Positions 12,961 through 24,730 are shown, counted from the stretch's first letter. The stretch: 56,612 nucleotides of DNA from Nemertoderma westbladi (GCA_032718475.1 JAUCBJ010003948.1:1-56612), one strand, 5' to 3'. A program made the numbers and translations. Notes: generated by a model from the letters alone, not told the origin.

Positions 12961-15083
12961 ATTAGTCCCTTCTCTGATACCCCGACTGGATACCTCCGGC
13001 TTCCTCCATTAGTCCCTTCTCTGATACACTGACTGGATACCTCTGGCTTCCTCCCTTAGTCCCTTCTCTGATACACCGACTGGATACCTCCGGCTTCCTC
13101 CCTTAATCCCTTCTCTGATACACCGACTGGATACCTCCGGCTTCCTCCCTTAGTCCCTTCTCTGATACACCGACTGGATACCTCCGGCTTCCTCCATTAG
13201 TCCCTTCTCTGATACCCCGACTGGATACCTCCGGTTTCCCCCATTAGTCCCTTCTCTGATACACCGACTGGATACCTCCGGCTTCCTCCCTTAGTCCCTT
13301 CTCTGATACACCGACTGGATACCTCCGGCTTCCTCCCTTAGTCCCTTCTCTGATACACCGACTGGATACCTCCGGCTTCCTCCATTAGTCCCTTCTCTGA
13401 TACACCGACTGGATACCTCCGGCTTCCTCCCTTAGTCCCTTCTCTGATACACCGACTGGATACCTCCGGCTTCCTCCCTTAGTCCCTTCTCTGATACACC
13501 GACTGGATACCTCCGGCTTCCTCCATTAGTCCCTTCTCTGATACACCGACTGGATACCTCCGGTTTCCCCCATTAGTCCCTTCTCTGATACACTGACTGG
13601 ATACCTCCGGCTTCCTCCCTTAGTCCCTTCTCTGATACACCGACTGGATACCTCCGGCTTCCTCCCTTAGTCCCTTCTCTGATACACCGACTGGATACCT
13701 CCGGCTTCCTCCATTAGTCCCTTCTCTGATACACCGACTGGATACCTCCGGCTTCCTCCCTTAGTCCCTTCTCTGATACACCGACTGGATACCTCCGGCT
13801 TCCTCCCTTAGTCCCTTCTCTGATACACCGACTGGATACCTCCGGCTTCCTCCCTTAGTCCCTTCTCTGATACACCGACTGGATACCTCCGGCTTCCTCC
13901 CTTAGTCCCTTCTCTGATACACCGACTGGATACCTCCGGCTTCCTCCCTTAGTCCCTTCTCTGATACACCGACTGGATACCTCCGGCTTCCTCCCTTAGT
14001 CCCTTCTCTGATACACCGACTGGATACTTCCGGCGTCCTCCCTTAGTCCCTTCTCTGATACACCGACTGGATACCTCCGGCTTCCTCCCTTAGTCCCTTC
14101 TCTGATACACCGACTGGATACCTCCGGCTTCCTCCCTTAGTCCCTTCTCTGATACACCGACTGGATACCTCCGGCTTCCTCCCTTAGTCCCTTCTCTGAT
14201 ACACCGACTGGATACCTCCTGCTTCCTCCCTTAGTCCCTTCTCTGATACACCGACTGGATACCTCCGGCTTCCTCCCTTAGTCCCTTCTCTGATACACCG
14301 ACTGGATACCTCCGGCTCCCTCCCTTAGTCCCTTCTCTGATACACCGACTGGATACCTACGGCTTCCTCCCTTAGTCCCTTATCTGATACCCCGACTGGA
14401 TACCTCCGGCTTCCTCCATTAGTCCCTTCTCTGATACACCGACTGGATACTTCCGGCGTCCTCCCTTAGTCCCTTCTCTGATACACCGACTGGATACCTC
14501 CGGCTTCCTCCCTTAGTCCCTTCTCTGATACACCGACTGGATACTTCCGGCGTCCTCCCTTAGTCCCTTCTCTGATACACCGACTGGATACCTCCGGCTT
14601 CCTCCCTTAGTCCCTTCTCTGATACACCGACTGGATACCTCCGGCTTCCTCCCTTAGTCCCTTCTCTGATACACCGACTGGATACCTCCGGCTTCCTCCC
14701 TTAGTCCCTTCTCTGATACACCGACTGGATACCTCCGGCTTCCTCCATTAGTCCCTTCTCTGATACACCGACTGGATACCTCCGGCTTCCCCCCTTAGTC
14801 CCTTCTCTGATACACCGACTGGATACCTCCAACTTCCTCCATTAGTCCCTTCTCTGATACACCGACTGGATACCTCCGGCTTCCTCCATTAGTCCCTTCT
14901 CTGATACACCGACTGGATACCTCCGGCTTGCTCCATTAGTCCCTTCTCTGATACACCGACTGGATACCTCCGGCTTCCTCCCTTAGTCCCTTCTCTGATA
15001 CACCGACTGGATACCTCCGGCTTCCTCCATTAGTCCCTTCTCTGATACACCGACTGGATACCTCCGGCTTCCTCCATTAGTCC
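12961..15083. repeat. 47-bp minisatellite in a myosin I intron
   Basis: Unit TTAGTCCCTTCTCTGATACACCGACTGGATACCTCCGGCTTCCTCCC, about 45 copies. Confidence 0.97.
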
Positions 15084-15708
15084 TCCATTCTCTCTCAGGT
15101 TTCTTTCCGCATACCTGCCCATCGAACGGCGTGCGAATTGCAGAACGCCTCATATTCGGAAGTTATTGAAGTAGCACGTGGTTCCACGTGCTGCGCGAAG
15201 TATTATTTGCGCAGAGTTTTAGTATTATTCGAAAAAATTTGTTTAGAAATCGTCTATCTTGATTAGTTGGAGGTTTACTATAAATATTTTGTGTTAAGAA
15301 TTTATTGTTATTAATGTGGGACGAGCCATGTACTGTTAATTTTATTAAATCTATTTATAATAATACATGTGCGGTAAATGGTAAATTAAAAAGTAAACTT
15401 ATTTTAAACAGTAAAATTACATCAATTATTATTTTGTAACTTTAGAAAAATATAGGCCTACAGTATTAAAAGAAATTCATTGATATTAAAATTAAATTAA
15501 AAAAATGTATAATTAAAATCAGTGAGATTAGAATCGAGGGATAAAATTAGATTAAAATTGATGGTAACAGTTAGACCGGTGATGTAGGCTGTAGGGTAGT
15601 CCCTACCGTAGAGGACACAACGACCGGACTTCCAGACGAGGCAGAGAAGGGCACATTAAATTTAATCTGAAATAATTAAATTTTAAAAAATAAATTGAAT
15701 TTATTTAG

Positions 15709-15893
15709 CATTGAGTACCGGCTCCGCGGCGAACAGGATATCAAGAATATTAAGGGCTGGTTTGTAGATCGTGTCGGAGGTAATGTGAGAACCTTGAAGT
15801 TCATCAAGTCCCCCGTCGGCAATGAGATGGTACTGAATGGGCAGGGGAAGTCGGCTACTGTAACAATAGGACCAGGTCTTCCAGTTAACTCTA
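15709..15893 (+). CDS. Myo1e: Myosin IE/F-like exon (end of TH1)
   Basis: IEYRLRGEQ..GKSATVTIGPGLPVNS matches the conserved V.IGPGLPxNS motif; phase 2 to phase 1. Confidence 0.9.
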
Positions 15894-16072
15894 GTAAGTA
15901 TGTTGTAGTCTGTAACAATAGAATTGGTTTATAAGAAAGTTACTTCTGCATCATTTGTGCGACCGTAAATGTTTTTCTTGGCACTGTTTATCGCGGATAC
16001 TATTAATTTAATAATATTATTATTATTATATTATTATTATAATATTATTAAATAAAACCGACAATATTACAG

Positions 16073-16301
16073 GGCCGTCCCCGATTAAGGAAAGAGTTCC
16101 TGTTAAATCCGCGCGACACTATACCGGTTCCAGTCAGCAGCAAAAGGGCACACGGCATACGACTGTAGTGGGACGGGTACCCCAAGGAGTGCGTCGCCCG
16201 TCGCTCTCTAAGGATAACTCGTCCGCCCCCCGAAATCAACCGAAGTTTGACCAGCCGGTCTATATGGATCTGGTACCGGAGACCGATCCCGGTATTGCCG
16301 G
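16073..16301 (+). CDS. Myo1e: Myosin IE/F-like exon (TH2 linker)
   Basis: Open frame RPSPIKERVPV..YMDLVPETDPGIAG; TACAG/GTAAGT; phase 1 to phase 2 fits both neighbours. Not in the ORF track in this frame. Confidence 0.82.
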
Positions 16302-16709
16302 GTAAGTTATCACCAAACTGTCAACCTTCTTCTAATTTACCTTTTTCATTTATTCCATTATCCTTACGAACATTTTCAATATCCGAAAACTTACTGTATA
16401 CACCATGTCCTGGAATATATCTATCTCTATACAGTTGTAGTGTATGTCATGACTCGTGAGTCTCACTAAAACTTGTTGCTCAAAAAGTACATAAAATGTT
16501 AACGAAATAGATCACCCGACACTGTTGATTCCGCCACCCCAAGGGGCGCTAACATTTTCTAATATATACTTTTTTCAATACCAAGTGTGCGCTACGTTGT
16601 TGAGCTAAAAATCATTCCATACATCGCTGTTAGATGGCGCTAACTTTGTCATTAAGAATCATTTTTATATTAAGTAGATAAGTAAATCTTTTTAAAATCA
16701 TTTCTTCAG

Positions 16710-16852
16710 AAATCGTCAGAGCTTGAAACCGAAACCAATGGCGAAACCTCGCCACAACGTCCCACGATGTCGTGCTCTATACGACTACGACGCACAAGAT
16801 ACCGATGAGTTAAGTCTCCAAGAGGGAGATGTTATACAGATAGTATCGGAAG
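16710..16852 (+). CDS. Myo1e: Myosin IE/F-like exon, first half of the SH3 domain
   Basis: NRQSLKPKPMAKPRHNVPRCRALYDYDAQDTDELSLQEGDVIQIVSE (SH3 ALYDY motif); TTTCTTCAG/GTTAGA; ends in phase 1. Confidence 0.93.
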
Positions 16853-17048
16853 GTTAGAACGCGGGTAGTCTATTAATCATAGTGTCAAAAGACTCCTAGA
16901 TTGAGATTAAGGTGGGAGTACACCCCCCTTAATAAGGTTCTTTGAATGAATAGAAAATCATTATTATGTTTACAAATTACAAAGTATTTATTTGATATTC
17001 AAGATACTATATAATTATCTGTCCCATCCCTGTCCTATATACATACAC

Positions 17049-17176
17049 TTGAAGATGCGGATGATCTAGCAAATGTCATGGGTGATAGGGAGTTGTGGCG
17101 GTGCAATTTTGTCGATAAGCCGGCACAGCATTCTTAAAAATGCAGCTGCAATGCAGCATGCCGATCCTAGTAGTAG
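17049..17176 (+). mobile_element. Short 3' fragment of an RTE-like LINE
   Basis: Encodes EDADDLANVMGDRELWRCNFV (RTE-type C-terminal DRxxWR), has a (TAG)3 tail and a 13-bp TSD TATATACATACAC (17036-17048 / 17177-17189). Confidence 0.75.
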
Positions 17177-17489
17177 TATATACATACACAAGTGAACACA
17201 TATAATAGCACTATCAGCTGTACGGCATCCTAATGTAATTGACTACTATTAATAATGTAAATAATGTCCCTCCACGAATACCAATAAATGATATCATACC
17301 AAGTCCTCTTTTTTGAGATCTACATGGAACAAGTGGATCTATTTAAAAAATAAAGTGTCCAATATCCGTTGGGGAAAGCAGATCTAGCAACCTCCCAGTT
17401 TATGGTACTGTAATCGGTCTGGCTTGATGTGTGGACGATTACTACGCCATACAGTATCTGCGACTTTTGGTTTGGTAATCGATAGTTGA

Positions 17490-20400
17490 TTATTGTCTGG
17501 AGGAGATTGCAGTAACTCTTTCTGAACTGCACGTATATGGGCCCGATTGCGCCAATAGAAGTCGTCCTGATGGGAATCGTAGTCGGTATCGACGGTGGTT
17601 TGTTGTTCCCACAACGATTGCCAGTCTATCCCAACGTTTTGAAATAACATCCTGTACGAGTACGGTTGCGCCTTCCACTATATTTGTGAGGGCGACAGCC
17701 GAACGGTCAAAATAAAATTTGCGTTTCTCTGACGTATTCAATCGGCTGTGATCTGCAGAATCAGCATTTTCCTGCCACTCAGGTGAATAGGCTTTCCAAT
17801 GCGCGGGTAAAAGGGAGCGTTGTGGATGGCCATATAATCGCTGTGCTGGCGATAATCCGTCCTCATTTGGGGTGTTATGTAACTCTAATAAACCGGCTGA
17901 GAAATCTTTACTATAAATCTCGCCACCAGTTTTCGCCAATAAAAGTTTTACTTTTTTCACATTAACTTCCGCATGACCGTTTCCAATAGGGTGATACGGC
18001 GAAGACGGGTTCCATTTAACACCCCAGTTCTGAAAGAAACAACGTGTTTGTTCTGCAGTAAACTGAGGACCATTATCCGTTGTGATAATATTAGGAACAC
18101 CATACATAGAGAATAACTTCTGGAATACCTTTGTAGTATCTGTTGCCGAAGGTGGGTGATTAAACTTCTCAACAATAATGTAACCGGAGTATCTGTCAAC
18201 ATAAACAACATAGTGGTGGCTAGCATACTGGAAGAAATCAGCTGATACTGAAGCAAAAGCCCGGGACGGTATAACGTGATGTAACATAGGTTCTAAAATC
18301 TGAGATGGTTGATAACGTTGGCACGCAGTACATGCTTCTACTGTTGACTTTATATCAGAAGAATAACCAGGCCAAAACACGCATTGACGAGCACGGCGTT
18401 TGGTTCTTTCTATGCCCTGATGGCTGGCATGCAGCTTTCGCAAAACATCTTTTATGGCTGACGGTGGTATAACTATCTGTTGACCTCTAAGTATAAGGCC
18501 ATCTTTAACAGAAAGTTCGTTTTGTGATTTTTTGAATTGATTGATATATTTGTTATCGACGTTAGCAAAACTATTTACTATCGCGTTTATAAGCTGCTGA
18601 TAATCGGGATCTAAGTGGGCGGATTCCTGCAATTTTTCTAGAGTTAAGTCAGAGATGTTATGTACGGCTTCTTCTATAGCATTGACAAATAAAACTTCCT
18701 GCTCAATTGCTAATGATTCAGACTCTTCGTTTTCAATATCTATATCCTCGATGGGAGCACGGGAGAGGGCATCTGGGATCGCATGGTCTTTCCCCTTTTT
18801 CCAAATAACATTGAATGTGTATGGCGTCAATTTGGATCGATAATTTAATACCCGGTTATTATCGATATCAACTAATCCATATTTATTAAAAATGGACACC
18901 AAAGGTTGGTGATCTGTAATCACGGTGAAATCAGGGAGTCCTCCCAAATATAAATGGCATTTTCTAATCGACCACAAAATTGCCAACGCTTCAAGTTCCA
19001 GCATCGCGTATCTTGTCTCTGCATCCTTTAAAAAACGGCTTCCACACTGGATGAGTCTCCATTTATCGGATTGTTTTTGTAACAAAACAAACCCTAGTCC
19101 ATACTTCCTTGAAGCATCAGTTTGGAGGACTGTCTCACATGAGGGGTCAAACATTCCCAATATCGGCGGAGACACTAAAAGTTTTGTAACTTCTTTGAAA
19201 GCAATGGAATGCTCTATTAACCAATTGAATTCATTTTTTGTGCTGATTAGATCCCGTAATGGGCTTACTGCAACTGCTATTTGAGAACTGAACGAGCCCA
19301 ATTGGTTTACAAGACCAAGAAAACTACGTAAATCAGACCTAGTTGTTGGTGTTGGAAATTCTGCAATAGCTTTTAATTTCGTACCATTAACTGAAATATT
19401 ACCATGAGAAAGTCTGTAGCCGACAAATTCGATTTCTTCCGCGCAGAGGATTGATTTATGTTTACTAATAGTGATGTTATGTCGTGCACATCGTTCTAGA
19501 ACATTGCATACCAATCGAATGAGGCTATGTAATGTAGGGGCACCTATACCAATATCATCGATTACCTTTTGTACATTTAAGTCTATAAGTGCACAATCCC
19601 CACGGAAGGAGTAGCTGTCTCCTGTGGAAACAAAACCCATTGGTGACCGAAGAAATTTAAATTTGCCGAAAGGGGTTATAAAAATCGTCAAATTTTGAGC
19701 TGAAAAATCGAGAGGCATTTGCCAATAACCTTTCACAAAATCTAGTTTGGCAAAAAACTTGTCATCATTGGTAAATCCCGCAATAGCCTCTATGGGAGTT
19801 TTGGTGTGGTAAGATGTTCTCAGCACTTGGGCATTTAATTTCGTAAGATCGACGCAAAGTCGAATGTCCCCATTTGGTTTGGGTGTCACTACAATAGGGT
19901 GGCACCACTCAGTTGGCACATCACCCACAGGTTCGATAATCTTACTCTGTACCATGTAATCAAGGTTTTCCTTAACCTTATCTCGTATGGCATATGGGAT
20001 AAGTCGTGCTGTGTGTACAGCGTAAGGTTTGGCGTCGGGTTTGAGTGTGATTGACATGGGGGATCCTACTATTTTACCTTTCATTGGGCGTAGTGTATCA
20101 GTGGCATTAAATACTTTTGAATATACTGAAAGTAATTTTTCAGTTATTTCATCACTGGTTTTTCGTAACAAGTGATCGTCTTCGGGAAGTGTTTTAATCC
20201 AAGTCTCCCTGTCTGACCAAGTTTCAGAAACATCATTTTCTATGTCGGTGGCGATAGGACTAACTTTAGTGATCTCGTCTACAATGTATAGCTGTTCATG
20301 GTCACTATCAATATTATTTATTGTGAGAGCATGTTCCATAGGATGTGGAAATGTTGGACTTACAATTGTTAGGTTTCTGCAAGTTTCCAGTGATAAGTAG

Positions 20401-20510
20401 CAACCAATGACGTCAAAACAAATAACAAATACTGTTGTCGCTGAATGGTCACCAACAACAACAGTCGCCTTAAAGGTACCTGCCTGTTCTAGAACGTTTC
20501 CACCCACAGC
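17490..20510 (-). CDS. Gypsy pol polyprotein (partial protease, RT, RNase H, integrase)
   Basis: IRLCVDL, LDFVKGYWQ, PMG, VIDD; TDAS..ELEALA..TDH; HASHQG..CTAC; ADFF..TDNG..GHAE. A late frameshift puts the natural C-terminus (WRNRAHIR..RSNRPHIKPDRL) in the 17384-17650 frame. The first ~23 codons of the listed ORF come from the neighbouring TIR. Confidence 0.95.
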   Translation of the reverse strand, partial: AVGGNVLEQAGTFKATVVVGDHSATTVFVICFDVIGCYLSLETCRNLTIVSPTFPHPMEHALTINNIDSDHEQLYIVDEITKVSPIATDIENDVSETWSDRETWIKTLPEDDHLLRKTSDEITEKLLSVYSKVFNATDTLRPMKGKIVGSPMSITLKPDAKPYAVHTARLIPYAIRDKVKENLDYMVQSKIIEPVGDVPTEWCHPIVVTPKPNGDIRLCVDLTKLNAQVLRTSYHTKTPIEAIAGFTNDDKFFAKLDFVKGYWQMPLDFSAQNLTIFITPFGKFKFLRSPMGFVSTGDSYSFRGDCALIDLNVQKVIDDIGIGAPTLHSLIRLVCNVLERCARHNITISKHKSILCAEEIEFVGYRLSHGNISVNGTKLKAIAEFPTPTTRSDLRSFLGLVNQLGSFSSQIAVAVSPLRDLISTKNEFNWLIEHSIAFKEVTKLLVSPPILGMFDPSCETVLQTDASRKYGLGFVLLQKQSDKWRLIQCGSRFLKDAETRYAMLELEALAILWSIRKCHLYLGGLPDFTVITDHQPLVSIFNKYGLVDIDNNRVLNYRSKLTPYTFNVIWKKGKDHAIPDALSRAPIEDIDIENEESESLAIEQEVLFVNAIEEAVHNISDLTLEKLQESAHLDPDYQQLINAIVNSFANVDNKYINQFKKSQNELSVKDGLILRGQQIVIPPSAIKDVLRKLHASHQGIERTKRRARQCVFWPGYSSDIKSTVEACTACQRYQPSQILEPMLHHVIPSRAFASVSADFFQYASHHYVVYVDRYSGYIIVEKFNHPPSATDTTKVFQKLFSMYGVPNIITTDNGPQFTAEQTRCFFQNWGVKWNPSSPYHPIGNGHAEVNVKKVKLLLAKTGGEIYSKDFSAGLLELHNTPNEDGLSPAQRLYGHPQRSLLPAHWKAYSPEWQENADSADHSRLNTSEKRKFYFDRSAVALTNIVEGATVLVQDVISKRWDRLAIVVGTTNHRRYRLRFPSGRLLLAQSGPYTCSSERVTAISSRQ

Positions 20511-21207
20511 AGTAGTAGGGTCTTGGGCGGCTCTGCGACAGTTGGACCCCACTGACACCCATTGGGTGTCATATGACACCCAATTATCACCCTATGGGTG
20601 TCATTGGGTGTCATTGGCGCCAGACTGTCTGGCTGACACCTCCCAATTAGGCTAATTGGGAGGTGTCATCAATTAATTAGTACAATTAAACCCTAACAGG
20701 TGTCATATGACTCCTAATTAGGGTTTAATTGATTATCCTAATTAATCAGACTGATTAGCGCCCTGACACACAATGGGTCATCAGTGTTGTCCAACTGTCG
20801 CAGAGCCGGCTCAAGAGGGTGTCATAAGTGACACCGCAGCTCCTTTATTCATTAATACTTATTTATATTTAATTTTAATTAATTATTTGCATTTTATTTT
20901 ATTCGTATTTAATTCTAAATTAATTATTCATTTGTACTTTATGGGTATACAGCTCCCTTACTGGTAACTAATTACTCTTATCTATATCCAGACAGCTTTA
21001 TCGTTGACCTTTGACCTTTGACCCCCCAATTAGCTTTAACCAAGCAACAGCATATTAATGATAGTTGTATCCAAGCGCCCCTGCCCCCACCCCGTGACAG
21101 CTCTGATTACTAATTACTCTTACATATATCCAACCGCCTGCAGTTCCATAGTCTGCCGCTAGAGGGCGTATTATCTGAAAATTAACATCTTCTCTAACTT
21201 TGTTATT
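20511..21207 (+). repeat. Left terminal inverted repeat
   Basis: Reverse complement of ~27422-28139; the outer ~160 bp look identical, inner parts have indels. Confidence 0.93.
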
Positions 21208-21585
21208 TTCAATTTAACTATTTATTTATATTTAATTTTAATTAATTAATTGTACTTTATTTTACTTTATTTATTCATTTGTAGTTTATTTTAAATTAAT
21301 TAATTGTATATATTACTTTTACTTTATACATTGATTTTTATTTTAAATTAATTAATTGTATATATTACTTTTACTTTATACATTGATTTTTAATTTTAGA
21401 TTAATTAGTTTTTATAAACCCATGAGATCACTATGACATAATGTCTATTTTTAGCTCTATGGTTTATAGATCCCTTATCGTTAACTTTATAATCTTTCCT
21501 CTCGCGGCCCCTTTGTCTTCGTTATTCAATGGCGCCACTCTGCCTACCATTGAATAACATTGGGCATTCATTATCTCGCCTAATG

Positions 21586-21770
21586 TGACGTCATCAAAGC
21601 TGCTCTCTGATTGGTTTAATTATACAGTCTTTTCTCCCTCCTGTTCCCCGATTGGCTAACCCATTCTAGCCCCCTCTATAATAGCCCCCGTTCACCACAT
21701 TCCCAATCATTGTCTCTTTGTTTTCCTGAAAAGTTTTAATTATTTTCGTAAAAGTATTTATTTATTTTTA
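21586..21770 (+). promoter_or_regulatory. Pol II promoter module of ORF1
   Basis: TGACGTCA (21586), ATTGG boxes (21610, 21651), TATAAT (21677), TCATT initiator-like site 30 bp later (21707); paralogous to 24494-24730. Confidence 0.7.
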
Positions 21771-21802
21771 TTTCCTAAACGAGTTACCGGTACACAATCA
21801 CA

Positions 21803-23515
21803 ATGGCACATTCAGAAATCAGCTATTCAAGCAACGATCTGGTTTGCAACGAAAATCAGTTTATGCTACAAGACAACTCGTTTGGTCTATATTTCGATTC
21901 GGCGAACAAACTCTTCCCGTTAACGATAAATACAACCTTAAACCAACCCATCCCGATTCCAGCAAACTACGCGCACTTTATTTTCCGTGCCTGCTACGAA
22001 CTTCACGATGGACAATATCAAACCCTCGACGATAATAAACTTCATTCCTCCAACCACGGTTTCAAACTTTTAAAAAGGGACAACAAAATAACGTTCAATC
22101 TAACTACTTCGCCCAAGACGTTTACGATTCCAACTAGCATAGTCGATTTTATTCGAGAAAACATCAACCAAGATGTGGCAAATCGTCTACTGGGTTTAAC
22201 CACTCTCGTAACCTCCTTCTTCTCTGATGATCGCTTATTTGATTTTCATAGTATCGCAAACTCGATTCTTCTTCTCATCTGGAACTCGTCGACTCCGACC
22301 GAGGAAGAGGAGACTCGTTTCTTTAAACTTTTCGAGATGGATGTTCTCGCTTTCGGCGAGAAATTGAATGAGCTCACATGCCTTTACGCCAATAAAGTCT
22401 CCTATTACTTTGGATTCAATTATAGAGTTGGCACCCATGGAAGTATTAACCCACTGAATCCACTCGAGTTAATAAAGCTGGAAGACACTGTAAACAGTTC
22501 ATGGATCACCTTTTCCGTCGCCTGCGCCATTTTATTTCAACAATATGTAAACATCTGTCGCCCTTTTATTAATCCTACTACTCACCTTGTCCTAAAACCG
22601 GGCAATTGGGTTGCTTTTGACTATTGCACTTTTGGGTTTGTTACAAATATTCGGAACGAGCGCAATTTAGCGATCACCAATGGCTACAGGGTTGACGATG
22701 GAAAGGCTATTGTTTCTTCTAGGGGCATGATTCTTCTTACACCAACCGAGGTCGGCGAATTGAAATGGTTCGATTCAACCATCGAGGATAGTGAATGTGT
22801 CTGCTACGATGAACTTAACGTCTACAAAGACAACATTTCCGAGCGAATATCGATACAAAGTTGTATCAGTGATTCAGAAATTGATTTACAGATAACCGAG
22901 AGAAAATTTAACGAATCCTTTACTATAGCTAACACGATTCAAGCGCGCGAGGCTCTAATAAGATTCAAGGCTATGGCTATACAATTTGCTTTCAAACCAA
23001 AGCAGATTACGATCCCCAATCACCAACGCTATCTCATAAATAGCAGTATCGCAGCCTTTATCTATAAGTTCAAATCCGAAAAATATGTTGGTATCTGGCC
23101 CATTTTAATGAAAGACGAAGAGAATACCACTTTTCAGTTCACCAACGGTCTCAATATTAGGGGCAGCGATTTTCTCGCGATAAATATAACCAACCCACCC
23201 AACTCTCAATACTATCTCAGTCCTTACATTCATATCGAGAACAAACCAACAGAAATTATATTCACCAATACGAAAAATACCAACACCATTACCCTATCCA
23301 ACGACTTTACCATCGCGCGCCTTTTCGAATTACTAAAACGTTCTCTCAGAGAAGGCATCTTTCTCCCGCAGCAAACACACCTTAATCTATTTCATCCCCC
23401 AAGAAAAGGTTATCTCAACAAACTATTAAAGAGAAAATTATCGCAGCCATTAATAGTATCGGATCCTAAAAGGGTTAAACCAAACGTTACTCTCGGAGAC
23501 CAGCAACCCTATTAA
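21803..23515 (+). CDS. Hypothetical 570-aa intronless protein (element ORF1)
   Basis: Long uninterrupted ATG ORF in AT-rich DNA, with an upstream promoter module and ATTAAA just after the stop; basic C-terminal KLLKRK..PKRVKP (possible NLS). Family not recognised. Confidence 0.8.
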   Translation: MAHSEISYSSNDLVCNENQFMLQDNSFGLYFDSANKLFPLTINTTLNQPIPIPANYAHFIFRACYELHDGQYQTLDDNKLHSSNHGFKLLKRDNKITFNLTTSPKTFTIPTSIVDFIRENINQDVANRLLGLTTLVTSFFSDDRLFDFHSIANSILLLIWNSSTPTEEEETRFFKLFEMDVLAFGEKLNELTCLYANKVSYYFGFNYRVGTHGSINPLNPLELIKLEDTVNSSWITFSVACAILFQQYVNICRPFINPTTHLVLKPGNWVAFDYCTFGFVTNIRNERNLAITNGYRVDDGKAIVSSRGMILLTPTEVGELKWFDSTIEDSECVCYDELNVYKDNISERISIQSCISDSEIDLQITERKFNESFTIANTIQAREALIRFKAMAIQFAFKPKQITIPNHQRYLINSSIAAFIYKFKSEKYVGIWPILMKDEENTTFQFTNGLNIRGSDFLAINITNPPNSQYYLSPYIHIENKPTEIIFTNTKNTNTITLSNDFTIARLFELLKRSLREGIFLPQQTHLNLFHPPRKGYLNKLLKRKLSQPLIVSDPKRVKPNVTLGDQQPY

Positions 23516-23813
23516 TGTAAACAGTCTCTATTTATTAAAAACTGTTCTGATTATATCTTTTGTTATTGTTGATGTTCTTATATTATTTATTATTAATGTT
23601 GTTGGTAAATTATTTAATATTGATGTTATCGGTAAATTATTTATTCTTGTTTCCCCATATTGTTTAAAAATATAAGATGTTTAACCGGTTATTTTTCATT
23701 TTTCTCTACTAGTTAATCTATTCTATGAGAGCGAGCCATGAAGTAAGTGAGTCTCAGCATACCACTAATGACCCCTACTGCTTCTTCGTAATCAATTTGA
23801 ATGTTAACCCCTA

Positions 23814-24337
23814 AGGCATAGACTATGCCTCACTGGGGCACTGAGGCATAGACTATGACTCACTGAGGCATAGACTATGCCTCACTGAGGCATAGACTAT
23901 GCCTCACTGAGGCATAGACTATGCCTCACTGAGGCACTGAGGCATAGACTATGCCTCACTGAGGCTTTGAGGCATAGACTATGACTCACTGAGGCATAGA
24001 CTATGCCTCACTGAGGCACTGAGGCATAGACTATGACTCACCGAGGCATAGACTATGCCTCACTCAGTGCCTCGACTATGCCTCACTGAGGCACAGAGGC
24101 ATAGACTATGACTCACTGAGGCATAGACTATGCCTCACTGAGGCATTGAGGCATAGACTATGACTCACTGAGGCATAGACTATGCCTCACTGAGGCACTG
24201 AGGCATAGACTATGACTCACCGAGGCATAGACTATGCCTCACTCAGTGCCTCACTGAGGCACTGAGGCATAGACTCTGCCTCACTGAGACATAGACTATG
24301 CCTCACTGAGGCACTGAGGCATAGTCTATGCCTCACT
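23814..24337 (+). repeat. Palindromic 22-bp tandem array (left)
   Basis: Unit TGAGGCATAGACTATG(C/A)CTCAC with interspersed 8-bp TGAGGCAC subunits. Confidence 0.95.
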
Positions 24338-24493
24338 TCAATATACGAGCACAAAAGAGTTTACAAGCACAGGTTCAAATCCAACTACAGCTCTATATAT
24401 TTTGCATTGAAGTGGAATACGTTAGATGCTGGGGGGAATCTGGTTTGCGAGGGATATTTGAATGGTGAGTATAACTATCCTTGAGAGTTAGTG

Positions 24494-24730
24494 TGACGTT
24501 ATCTCACCATGGATGGGCGGGCGCTTTACCCCTGTACTCGCATCTGCTCTCTCATTGGCTGTTTAACTTTCCTCCCTCGAGTCCTGATTGGCTGCCTAAC
24601 TCACCCTCGAACTCTGATTGGATAATCCATTATAGCTTCCCTCTATAATAGCCCTCGTTCAATGCATTCCCAGTCATTCTCTAAGTTTTATTTTAAAAAG
24701 TTTTATTTATTTTCATAAAAGTTTTATTTA
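24494..24730 (+). promoter_or_regulatory. Pol II promoter module of ORF2
   Basis: TGACGTTA (24494), ATTGG x3 (24554, 24587, 24617), TATAAT (24644), CAGTCATT with TCATT at 24674. Confidence 0.7.

Larger units (their letters stand above)
16943..20510 (-). mobile_element. Ty3/Gypsy LTR retrotransposon, 3' portion (pol plus probable 3' LTR ~16943-17389)
   Basis: pol ORF; purine tract AAACTGGGAGGT followed by TG at ~17389. The far LTR end is a guess from an AATAAA and a terminal CA. Truncated within the protease at 20510. Confidence 0.85.

Noticed and set aside
1-15083. Satellites as CRISPR arrays
   Set aside because: No unique spacers, no cas genes, eukaryotic intron context.
16531-16642. Two further CTCF-like cores in a myosin intron
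   Set aside because: Only partial matches and no upstream TGCAG motif; too weak without a PWM scan.
20511-20579. N-terminus MSYDTQWVSVG.. of the 1029-aa ORF and the matching ORF at 28071-28337
   Set aside because: Both are GTG-start read-outs from the TIR sequence; the shared peptide just reflects the inverted repeat.
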